Assembly (NCBI GenBank): GCA_016748015.1
Contig: JAAOMT010000003.1
Location: 4,373 to 68,372 of the forward strand
DNA: 64,000 bases
Origin: Geosiphon pyriformis uo1
Lineage: Eukaryota > Fungi > Glomeromycota
Direction of reading: 5' to 3'
Numbering within the stretch: the first letter of the stretch is position 1; each line of letters opens with the position of its first letter. A program made the position numbers and the translations under genes. The notes beneath the pieces are model-generated. The model ran no database searches. It saw only the letters and a list, made by a program, of their open reading frames with translations, and was not told the origin of the DNA. This document shows, in pieces, positions 10,574 through 22,990 of this stretch.

Positions 10574-13562
10574 ATGGCGAGCGTTGAAGATATTAAACGT
10601 CAATTAGAGGTGGCTACGACCGAGTATAGGAGATGCGTGGAGGAGCTGAAGGAAAAGGGTGAGAAGCTGGGTGAAAAGGAAGTTGAGTTACATGACTTGA
10701 AGAAGAATTTGAGACAGAGGAAGTACGAGGACGAAAGCGAAAAGAATTGGTGGTTAGAAGATATGCAAAAGCTAGAAGAAGAAGTGAAGGAGCTAAAAGT
10801 AGAAAAGAACGAGTTAAAAGTAGAAAAGGACGAGTGGAAAGTGCAAATGCAAAAATTACAAAATACGTTGATGGAAACAACTAAGACAGGTAACTCGGGC
10901 GTTGGGAAATGGAGTAGGATAAAAAAGTACTTTCTTATCCACCCTATTACCATTATCCTTCGTCCATTTGACTAATTTGTGCTCATTTACTTCTGCCTCT
11001 TACTTCTAAAATTACTTTGCATTTAACTCAATAATAAAACCTTTTGACTTAATGTTAGCTCTTAACTTAAGTTTTACTCTTCACCTCCGTTATCTATCAT
11101 CTATACCCGTTTTCATCTATTTGAGAGAATGTTCGATATACTCTTATGATGTTAATTAACTATTGCTTTCTTTCTTCCCTTTTCTTGTCGCCGATGTGCT
11201 TTATAGCTGAGTCTTCCTCTGGTAGGTTTATTTGTTCAATCTATTTTTATTAATATGTGTTTTGAGTGTGAAAGTGATCTGTTTTAGTATTAAGTTTTGT
11301 GGGCAGAGCTGAAACATAGCAGAGCTAGGTTATATGTAACCTTGTTTCAAAGAAGACAAGAAATAGTATGGGTTATAAGAGACGCTATGGGTTAATAGAG
11401 GAGCAATGAAGGGAAAATAATTCAAATGCATTACAACATGCATTAGGGTCATAGTACCACTTGCGACATTGACTAATTGGTGTTTTTCCTCCTGTTACCG
11501 TGCATTTTTAGCAAAAGATACACAGAAAGACAAACCCAATGTGGCTGCGCTCCACCAACAAAATCAGGCTTTCTTGGATGCCTTTAAAACACCGTACAAG
11601 GATCCATCGAACATAGTCGAATTATTTCAAGAATACATCAATAAGAAACACATGTATTGGTTTGCCAATCAGACAAATCACATACCTTATGGAATGCTCT
11701 TTCAGAGTTCTGGATACGGAAAAACCCGTCTTATTGAGCAAATTGCGAGGAAAATTCCTACATTATATGTGTGTCTACGCCCCAAGGAAAGTACTGGATA
11801 CCCACCTGCTACGCCTTACGCACCAGAGATCTTCGATATACTGGAAATGATCCCAGACGGAGAGGAATGGCGCTTCATGTTCATTCTTTGGCACGCTATC
11901 AAAAAGCTGCAAGAATATTCCCTCACTGAATCAGCTGAGAAACTCTGGAATTTGCAACTGGATTACGAGTGGTGCCAGAAATTCTGGGCAGAGGTCTTAA
12001 CAAGCAGTAAAGACTGGGAGAATGTTAACCAGAGCGAAGCAAACCTCGACATGGATAAATTCCCATTCTCAGATAATCCCAAAAATGAAGTCAAGATTCT
12101 TTTATGCATTGACGAAGCTCGATGCCTCATTAGTTCTGCACAAAATGATGACTGCAGTAAATTTCGATTGTTTAGAAGAGCTATGAAACACATCAACTGG
12201 AATGGCTTCTTCGTCTTCTTTTTGGACACGCTCAGCAAAATTTCCAACTTCACACCACTGTTATCAGCAGACCCATCTGCAAGAAGGAACGAGCTAAAAT
12301 TTGAATTATTTCATCCATTTATTCGACTTACAACGATGGATATCTTTGGAAAAAAGACAGTAGATCCAATAGAAACATCTGAAGAAGATCCAGAAGAAAC
12401 ATCTGAAGAAGACCAGATGATCCAATTGGCAAGACTAGAGAGACCATTAATATACAGTTATTTTGATGTCAAACGGAAAGCTTCCTTTAGGACTCAAACA
12501 GCTCTTAAAAGACTTGTCTCACTATTGAAGATTAAACTTTTTGGTGGACCATCTTCTTTCAAAGACAGCGAGAAGATGTCCAGTATTGCTGTTTTATCAG
12601 TTCTCGTTTGTTTGGATTTTTCACCCCAATCAAAGATCGCTTCCGATCTCGTGGCATCCCATATGGCAACGTGCGTTGCAGTATTACGTGACAGGGAGCG
12701 CTTGTTAATTCGTTATCCATCGGAACCTTTATTAGCAGAAGCAGCGTTATCTGCTATTACTGATAACAATATATTGATTTCTATTCTTCAAAAGTTCAAT
12801 GACACACTAAAAAAGGGGTTCGTGGATGCAGGCCCTCATGGAAAGGTGGTGGCACGAATTATCTTAATTCTCGCAGTAAGGTCTATACAGAAATCAAAAC
12901 AATGGAAATCAATTGCCATCACAGTCAAACAATTAATGGAATTACTAGATCCTGCTGCACTTGATGACCTAAAATGTTTTGAGGGTGCAACCGTGGCTTT
13001 TACACACTTCATTCCCATAATATACGTTCCTGAAATATGTTCTTTGAAAAAATATTATCAACGACAGTGTGCTGTGATTCTTAAGCGTAATAACCCTGGT
13101 GCAGACATTATGATTTCTGTAAAATTGGCAGAAGATCGATATTCCTATATCCTTATTCAAGTGAAAAACTATGCATCAAGTGACCGGAATGCAAACAAGA
13201 CCTATCCAGAGTCTGGTTCATCCAAATTAACTTCACGATTTGTTTTTCGAACTTCAGATCTCAAAGATCATAATGAGCAATACATCACTTTATATTGGCA
13301 ACTCGGATTTGAAGGACAACTCAGTGAGGTTCCACCAATTCGCGAGTCCAAACGCCAAAAACTTGAACAAAAACAACACACTTTTGCACACTTTGGACTA
13401 GATACTTTCGAATTTCTTGATTCCAGCATCAAAAAAGAATTAACAGACCTTTTGGACGCCTTTATTTCACCCTTTGATGAAGCATGGAAGTTTGAAAATG
13501 AGGATACAGGCGATCATTGGTCTGAGGATCATATCGTGGCTCAAGATCCCCTTGTTTACTAG
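10574..13562 (+). CDS. Crinkler-type (CR) effector-like protein: coiled-coil header + P-loop NTPase + C-terminal PD-(D/E)xK restriction-endonuclease-like domain, ~793 aa, 3 exons
   Basis: Predicted exons 10574-10889, 11207-11221 and 11512-13562, all GT-AG with consistent phase 1 and a branch-like GACTAAT at 11471. Walker A QSSGYGKT, Walker B LLCIDEA, YPSEPLLAEAA, FTHF, NNPGADI...ILIQVKN. Confidence 0.82.
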
Positions 13563-13879
13563 TCTAGTATTCATCACCAATGTGATGGCAAGTGTTCGCT
13601 TTTGACTTTCTTCAATAGCAGGTATTACATTGAGTTTGTGTATCTGGTGAGGCTGGCTTGAGTAGCTGGCTTGGTTTAGAGCATCTGCAAGTATTAATCA
13701 GCGAGTGAATTTATAGTCTTTTTGTATTTTAGAAAACGTAACGATAAAGTTACTCGAATATTGTGACAAATGAATGAACCATATTAATGCTTATTATTAG
13801 GAAAAATACAACCCACCGGAAACAGCGTAATAAACTGTTATTAAAAAAAATATATATATAGGATTTATTCGTATATGGA

Positions 13880-14850
13880 AAGTTACAATTATAATGGTTC
13901 GACTGAATATGAAAAAGCTGTGCACTTCTTGGAGATAGGTTGCAATTATGGTTCTCAAAAGATTCCGAGGGAAAAGTTTGCTGAATTACATGAAGCATTT
14001 CAAGCTCTCTAGATCTGAACAAGATATATTTGTAATGGCTCAGCTGAAAGCAATGAATGGTGGAGAAATAACCGCCAGTCGACGTCTTAAAAGAAAACGC
14101 GTATTAATAAGAGAACTTTTTATTATTGAAATCACAATACGCCTCTCTGCCAGAAAGCATATCTCAATATGTTAGGAATTGGCCACACTCATTTGGAAAA
14201 CGTCAGAAATCATCTAGCAACGAATGGTATAATACCGCGTGTTCATGGTAATATCAAACGAGTGCCACGATAAAAAACCAAAATAACCATTGATATAACC
14301 GTTGCTATCTCCGTGAAGAATTTTCTCGAAAACTATGCTGAAATTCATGGACTACCAAGTCCTGGTAGAAATGTCAATCGAATTACTCAATCGTTTACAC
14401 TTTTGCCAGCTGAAATGAGTTACAAATCGGTTTATCAGGATTTTATTGCAAGTCTTAAATACGATAGCACATTGAAATTGTTAAAATATGATGCGTTTCG
14501 CAAGTTATGGCACCAATTAACGTCTTATATTCAAATCATGATTCCAAGAATGGATTTGTGTGACAAGTGCCAACATTTTCAGAACGGCTTACAGTATAAT
14601 GCTCGCAAGAAAAAAGTGAAAGATTTACTAAAAAAGTACAAAGAACATCTAGTTAAGGCTAAGTTGGAGAGAAATTATTACAACAAAAATACGAAATTAG
14701 CAGAGCAACAAAGAAAATTAGTAGACGAGAATTATCTTGTGACAGGGGGTAAAACTGATTATTGTAGCGTTGATGCCACTGCTTATTACAGTTACAATTG
14801 AGCACAAAATGTTCACGTACCGCATTCTGATCAACAAGTCAGTAAAATTT
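13880..14850 (+). mobile_element. Truncated, frameshifted DNA transposase fragment, Sola-like
   Basis: Joined frames give CQKAYLNMLGIG...PRVHGN...FLENYAEIHGLPSPGR...LLPAEMSYKSVY...FRKLW...PRMDLCDKC...HLVKAKLERNYY...YSYN*AQNVHVPHSDQQ. This is the N-terminal half up to the first catalytic-Asp region of Sola-type transposases (family call from recall). Confidence 0.6.
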
Positions 14851-15813
14851 ATTGAAAATCAGACTGAGTTAACCAAAAATATGCAAGATAAAGATTATCT
14901 TAAGATAATAAATTTTATTATAATGATGGTATTAAAGTAGAGTGGTTATTTTTAATACTCTATAAGCTAGTACAGACTAGTTCAAAAAATAAACATCATT
15001 AAAAAATGCACTTGGCTTATACAATTTTACATTTAATTTGTGTTTTAATTTTATCAAAAATTGTCATATTTTGGTTGTTTAAATTCAGAATTTTAATAAC
15101 TTTATACAAAACAAGATTTGAAAACAAATAATTAACTTATTAAATACTTTATTTGAATAAATATGATTATAAATTTTAATATTGAAAAAAAATCAATTAC
15201 CAAAATACCAATACAATCTTAAAATTAACTATTAATAAAGATATAACTATGAAAAAAATTAATTAATTATTAATAACTTAGACAACTATTATGTATTTAT
15301 AAACTTTAAAAAAAACAATATTTATTAATTATATTCAGAAAGAAATATTTGTAAAAAAATCAAACTTTATTTAATTTTTAAATGTGTTTCCAAAAAATTA
15401 TAAATTTGTAAAAATTTTTGAAAAACTTAAACTCTAAATAATATTAACAAAATATATCAAGTTTTGTGATGTTTTTCAAAAAAAACTCAATTGAAAAGAA
15501 ATTTTGTATATAATGTCATTTGGTTAATTTTTTGATTAAATTAAAATTATTTTTAAATCTTTAACAATAATTGTTATAATATAAAACCTTTATTTAATAA
15601 AACTAAAAGAACTTAAACCAAAAACAAAATTGAAAATAGATTTTATTCTCAATAAAAAAGTTATAAATATGATAATTAATAAATTATGCAAAAATACGAA
15701 ATAATAATTATTGTTAATTAAAGTATAAAATTTATTAATAGAGAAAAAATATATAAATAACTATTAATAATTTATTATATAATTAAAGAGCTTTTAAGAT
15801 ATTGCAATCTATA

Positions 15814-16190
15814 TACAGTTCTCCCAAAAAGTAATAGCAAAGTATTTTTTTATTTTTATTTTTTTTATATATAATAATTTCTGTTTAAATTTTAATATTT
15901 AATAGATATATAAATAAAGAATATATATACAAAAAATTAATATTTATTATGTCTTTCTTTTACACTAATACAATCTTGAATTCGATTTTGCATATTAATA
16001 ATACAGTTAAAAATAGTTTTATTAGACAGATTATTCTATTCTTTTTCTACTATTGTAATAAAAATTATTTGAGAGATATTTTTTTGTGTACTATTTTTGG
16101 AATAACTTTTTTCTTAACATTTTAATTTTAAAAATAGCCCAAATATTCTTAATTGAATTGAAATCTAAACTATATAATGATCAAGACAAA
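15814..16190 (-). mobile_element. Decayed Tc1/mariner transposon 3' portion
   Basis: Minus strand near 16130-16185 reads *SLYSLDFNSIKNIWA, a decayed WPxYSPDLNPIENIWA motif. TA|CAGT terminus at 15814-15819. Confidence 0.65.
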
Positions 16191-19100
16191 ATGTATTAAT
16201 TGATTATTTAAGACTAACAATAAAATTTGTTATATGATAATTAGGTTTAATTTAAAAAAAAATTGGAATTGGTCTTTTACACAAAGTTAATTTTAGATAA
16301 CATTAAGTTTTTTTAAACTAGATTGGATCTGATTTAATGTGAAAAATATAAGTATTTTGGATATTTAGCTTTGAAGTCTAATATATTAGATGCATTTGTC
16401 TTGCTGTTTTTAAAAATTTATAAAAAAATTGTATCAAACAAAAATTATTTTTAATCAGTCAGATTATATACAAAAAAATGTTTTTATTTTACATTTTACT
16501 GCATTTGGTGGTAAATTATAAACACAAATAGTTTTATTTGCTGCTTTTTTTAATAGTTTTTATTTTGGTTCTGATTCTGAATTACTTTTTTTGACATTCT
16601 ATGTGTTGATAAAGATTTTTTTATTGATCAAGATAATTTATCTATTAATACTTGTCTGGTTTTTTTGAAATATTTTTTAAAACTTTTGGTTAATCAAATA
16701 TCTAATATTGTATAAAACTAACAATATAAATTTGGTATTTTTGATATCTGTTTTTTAATTTTTTTTCTTAGCTGTTTCTGTAACTTTAAATTTAAAAGTA
16801 GATTGAGACATAATTTAAATATTTTATTAGTATTATTCTTTTTTTTTCCTTTAATAACAAAAAATAAGATTTTGAATTTAAGTTTAAGTAGCTTAAAAGT
16901 TTTGATCACTAAAATAGATAACTTGGAATTAAAAATAATTGTTTTTAAGATCTCTGTTAATTTAGTTTTAAAGAAGTTAAATTAATTAAATATTAATTTG
17001 GGTTTTTTTGCATATTTTTTCTTTTAATAAATAACTTAGTATAGAAGTTTGCTATATGTAATATTTGAGACATTAATGTTTTTGCTAATCAAAAAAATAT
17101 TATATATTAATATATAAATTCAGATAATATAATTTCAATTATCACAAAAACAAAATTAAAGTTTAATATTAAGTTATAGATTATAAGTAAGTTTAATAAG
17201 ATGTGAATTTTGACATCTGGTTTGAACAAAAGTTTTTTTTGGTATTGAAGTGACTATTATTATAAACAATTTTCTGGCTTAATATGTTTTAAAAATAAAG
17301 GAAGTTTCTGGTCAAGTTATTTTAATGCAGTTTTTATTTAAGAGTAAACTATTAATTATAATCTTGGATTTGTATGCTAATGTTTTTGCTAAAACTAAAT
17401 TTGATTAGACATTAAAAATTAACTTTTTTATTGCTAAAGTAGTTAAATTTAGTACTTTTGTGATTTTGGATAGAAATTTTAACAAAAATAAGTCAAAAAA
17501 TGTAAGTTTTAAGTTTTATATGAATTTGGATTTTGTTAATTCTTTTAATGAACATTTTTTAGTTAAAGCTTTAACTTAAAACAACTCTAAAAGTGTTAAA
17601 AAAATCATAAACTATATTTTTGTAAATAAATTTGTTGTTTATAGTTGTTAGTTATAGAATTGACTTTGTATTAAACTTTTTCAATATTAATTACAAGACA
17701 ATTCTGGTTTTGATTAATCTGAATGGTCTTTTAAATATTTGTTTAAATAATATATGCAAACAAGCTAATAAAAATCATTAAAAATTTAAGATAAGCAATA
17801 CAAATAAGATCAAATAAGCACACTCTAAGAAATGCTTCTTCAATAAACTATTAACAATAAAAAATAGATTTTTAAAAGCAAAAAGTTTTAATAATTTAGA
17901 TGTAATATAGAAGATATTAAGAAAAATAATAGTAAATTCAGTTAATAAAAAATTTTTAAACAATAGTATAGTAGGTTTAATTGTTTAAAAAACAAACAAT
18001 TATCAAAGTTTTTTAGATTGAAACTACTTATTGCTAAGATTGTAAAAGTTTAAGCTTAGAAAATATATCTAAATTTAATTACTTTATCAAGATTTGGTTA
18101 ACTGTTAATAATATAGAGACTTTTAAAATTGCTAAAATAATTCAGAATAATATGAATATAATAACTGTTATTAAGTATTTATTAATAGTCAGAAAAGAAT
18201 ATAAAAAGTCTAAATATTATAAGTTTAAGACAGCTAAAAATATATTTATCAAAAAAAAAATTAAATAGCAAATAGAAAATTTTTGTTCAAACAAAAAATA
18301 GATAATTAGAAGTGTTTTAAAACAACTTTTTTACAAAGTTGTTTTAGATTACTTAGTAATTGGGAGAGATTTGATTTTAAAACCAAATGAGATAAAAAAT
18401 AAGATTAATGAAATTATAAAAAAATAGATAAAGAAGAGAGTTATATCTTAAAAGCTGTTCAATTTTTGGCTTTACCAATATTTATTTTTTGTCAATATAA
18501 ATAATAATGTATTTTTTGGAATAATATGTAAAATTAAACTGCAAAAATTGGTTCTGCTTGTTAATAGTCTGCTTAATAGCAAAGTTGTTAAGCTGTTTAG
18601 TATATTAAATAAACTTTAAAAATACTGTGATAAGACTGTGAAGTGTTTTTTGACTTTATTCAATTTGTATTTGTTTTTTAATAATGTTTAGATTTTTTAG
18701 AAAAAGATGTAAGTTTTAATAATTCCCAAATCTTATGAATAAAATAATGTTTTAATAAATACTTAATCTATTATATTAATTGAAACAGCTAAAAAAATTC
18801 TGTTTAAAATTTTTTTAGATTGGATTTTTTTGGTGTGTAGCAAGTTTAATGTTCTTTATAATAATAATTTTTCAGTCTTAAAGAGTACTTTAACTTAGTT
18901 TTCAGTATTTGTTATTGGTTTAATAATAGAAAATATATTAAAAAAGAGTCAAAAGCTTTGGTTAGTTTTGTAAAATATGTATAAGATATATAATTTAGTT
19001 AAATAGCATTACTTAAAAGCTAATTTAAAACATATTAAGACATATAATAGATTTATTGATTTTTTTAAAAATATATACATGAACAAAATCAACAAAATAA

Positions 19101-21784
19101 TAACTGATTTTGGTCTTTTAAATAGTTATAAAATATATAATAAACTGAATCAGAATAAAATTTTTTACAATTTTTTTCAATATAAAATAAAAAACAAAAA
19201 CACTTATATAGGTATAGAATTAACATTAATTTTATGGCAAAAATAAACAAAGTAAAAACTAGTAAAGAAATATTTTTATTTTTTGTAGCTAGTACTTTTG
19301 TTGATGATATAATTTGAATTGGAAATAGCCAAGCTTCAACTTAATATATTTTAAATATTGTTAATAAATTTTTTAAGATCAATAATATTTTTATTAACAA
19401 TAACAAGACAGTGATTATTTCCATTAACTAAAGAGTTGTAAACATCTTTTTACATATTAGTAGTTTATTAATCTTTATTACTAAACATGATAAATCTCAT
19501 AGATACTTGAATATTTTTTTGTCAATAGAAGGTATATTAAAACTGAGTCTTGTTAAAATACATTCAGATATTAAGTTTTTTTCAAAAATAGTTCTTAAAA
19601 AAACATTGTTAAACAAGTAATTTTCATATTTGGTTTAGTAGTTTTGTAGTTTAATTTAATATTTAAGAGCATATATCAAAAATAGAATATTATAATAGAA
19701 AAAAAATTTAGATTTAAAGCCAATTTGTTAAGAAATTTTCTTAATAAAACTTTGCATTATCTATTTTTGTATAAGTTGAAATTTTTTAAACAAATATAGA
19801 CAAATGTAAAAATAGCTTTAGTGATTAGTTTTATTAATGTTTTGAGAATTTTTGGACAGTTTTTTGAGCACCAGTTTTTGAATTTACAAATTTTGGATTG
19901 AATATTTATAAATTTACTGTAGTATTTAATCAAATTAAGAGTCAACTTTGTGAATAATTTTTTGATAAGTGTGGTAAAATTTTTTTTGAATACCAAGATT
20001 TCTATAGTCAATAATTTGTCTAGTGCATTTTATAATTTTAAATAATATCTAATGTTCAGAATTTTAGGTAATTTCTATTATTTTAAGATAATTGGTTCTT
20101 TAAAACACTTTAATATGATCTTTAAAAACAAATTATTGAACAAATATGAATTAATTATAAATTAAAAAACTTTTTCTTATTGGAAAAAATTGAGTTCTTA
20201 AGATTTAATGTTAATATAATTTGAAAAAGTGTCAATATACATAAATAATCTTTTTGTTAATGCTAATAAAATTGTTTTTAGCTTTAACTATTCAGATTTT
20301 TTTAATTTAACAGACTTTGTAGATATTCAAAAATACTTATATAAGTTGTAAACAAGAACAATAAATGTTTATATTAATAATTCATTAAAAAATTTGAATA
20401 CAATAAAGATGGCTAATAGGACAACAGCTTATTTTTCAAAAATTAAGATGAATATAAATGTTGAAGTATATAAATTGCTGTTTTGGACAATATTAGAATT
20501 GCAAACAATTGTTTTGGTTTTGAAGTGAATTTTTTCTTTTTGCTTGATGGTTTTGTACATAAACTGCTAAGTGATTATAGATATATATATTTTGAAATTC
20601 CAGCTTTATATGTCAGATTACAGAAATAAGTATTGGATAGAAAAACATTATTTAGTTAATTTGATTAGGTTAAAAAACATTGTAATAAAATAAGTAAAAG
20701 TTAAAAACATTTAAAAAATATTAAAAATAACTAAACAGATGTTTTTGTATATAATATAGTGTAGTTTTATTTGGTTTTTTTTGTGAAAATTTGAAAAAAA
20801 TTTATTTTGACTAATAGTTCAGTTATTTTAGACAATATTTATTATTTTGTTTGTAATATTTATTAGACTATTTTGTTATGTTTAATAGAAAGTAGATTTT
20901 AATGCTAATGTTTTAGATAACTTACTTATTCAAAACATAAACTGAAATTACACTACTATGATTTAGCATCTAAACTTTTATATGTTTTTTGGCTTTATTA
21001 ACAAAACTTTGGCTGCTCTTTATACATATTTGATAAAAGTAGTCCTTAAAAGACTGCTAGTTATAGTTGAAAAAAACTTTATAATAAAGATTACTCAAAT
21101 GTTTTGTGTTTAATATATAATAATATTAAGCTATTTAATCATGTTTTTACATATTTAAAGAATGCTTTTATGTATTCTGATATTTTATATGATCATATAG
21201 AATTGTAAAAATTTTGGTAGTGGCTTGTTTTCTATTATTTTTATCAGTATTATATGTTTTTTTTTTGGATATTTCTAATACTAAGTTGTATATAATCTTG
21301 TACAAAGATTTTGTTTTTAAAGATTAAATTAATAAGACTATAAAAATCTTCAATAATAGAAGAAAAACTATATTAATAGTAATTAACTTTGTTTATTGTT
21401 TAGTTAAAAAACATCATAGTATGTTATAATTATTTAGGTCAAAGTTTAGAGTAAATATAAAAAAAATAGCTTAATTGATAATAGAGAAATCTTATCTGAT
21501 GTTTCTTATAACAAGTCTGGTTTTTTATTGGCTAGAATAATTTGCTTGCTTAGTATTGTTAAGTTTTTTATAATTAATTTTGGCCAATATAAGACATATT
21601 TTTTTTAGGTAGACAATAATACAAAAGTTTATATAAGTACATAGTATTATTTTAATTGGTTTAAGTAGCTAATTATATATAGTAAATACATAAATTATAT
21701 TTAGTTAAATTTACTTAGTTTGTTTTTATATATTAGATAGTAATTAAACTATATTTGTTTGATAATAATAATAATAATAATAAT
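16190..21784 (+). mobile_element. Heavily AT-decayed, 5'-truncated copy (D) of the same LINE family (end of ORF1, whole ORF2, 3' UTR, (TAA)n tail)
   Basis: Ghost motifs: ORF1 knuckle near 16340, APE (KFAICNI, ITKTKLK, INYIF), RT 'gtacttttgttgatgatataatttga' at 19292, RNase H 'gaattgcaaacaattgttttggttttgaagtg' at 20496. Stop at 21642-21644, shared 3' UTR, TAA repeats at 21762-21784. Confidence 0.85.
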
Positions 21785-22902
21785 TTGATATTTTTAATTA
21801 TTATTATATTTTTTTTAGTTATTGTTAATATTGTTAATATTTTTAAAATTTTTAACATATTTTTTGGTATTTTGTAATTTTTCAATGCTGTATTAGCATA
21901 ACAATAAAATAATTACATGTTTTTTTATAATATATATGTAGTTTTATTGTTATATTAATATTTATTAATTTTTTATTTTTATTAAAACTAATTTACAATA
22001 TTTTATCATTGCTAATTCAGTTATTAAAAAAATTTTTGGCATTGTATTCATAAATTAACTAGCTTGAAACATACAGTATATTTTTAAAGGTTTTTCAATA
22101 TCTCTATCCTTTTTTTCAAGTGCTTTGTTTTTATAACGTGAAACATAATGCTATAAATTAAGGTTAAAGCTTTCAACTAAAAAAAAATTTGTATTTATTT
22201 TATTACAGAAGAGATTTCTATGTATGTCATTTTATGTGATCTTATAGCTACCTTTTTATAAGTTTAATTTAATAAGAATTTTATTTATCTATTTATTATA
22301 ACTGTATAATATATCCTTTTTTTTTGAAAAAAATTCTATTTGGAGTGTAGCAAAGTTTTTAATTGCTAATTTATTATTATTATGCTTTATTCTTATCTTT
22401 TATATTTTTATCTTTCTTATTATTAAGCTTTTTCACAGTTATTAAATTTTTTTCTTGCTTATTACTAATTTGTAATTTGTTATTATAAATTATAATGTTT
22501 GTTATCATGTAAAATAATAGCTTTGAGTACAAAAAAAAATTACTTCTTCTTAGCCTTAACTGTCTCATAAACACAAAATAACATGTAATACAAAAAATTT
22601 GTTTTTTTATTGTAGAATCATATTGGATTAACTTGTATACAAAAAATATTCTCAAGTATATCCTAAGGTTTGAATCTAAAGAAACTCAGACTATAGACAA
22701 TAAGCTGATTAATATTTTTAGGATGTTCATTAAATGATTATGTATTCAGTTAGGTATATTCATATAATATAAGCTTAAAAGTGCCTTTATTTATTGGACT
22801 TTTAAGAAATAGACAAAATTTACTAAAAGGCTCTGTTTCTTACAAAAATTACTACTATATAAAATTTATGACTGAAAATTTTTTACCAATCTGTACATAA
22901 AT

Positions 22903-22990
22903 GCCCAGATAGCCATCCTTAATATGGTTAGCACAGCCTTTGAGAAAGGTAATAGTAGGTTCAAACAGACATCATACTGCAAACTTTTTT
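22903..22990 (+). pseudogene. Possible tRNA-derived relic / SINE head
   Basis: A-box-like TAGC...TGGTTAG, hairpin CCT-TTGAGAA-AGG, B-box-like GGTTCAAAC, then a T-run. The acceptor stem does not close. Confidence 0.3.
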
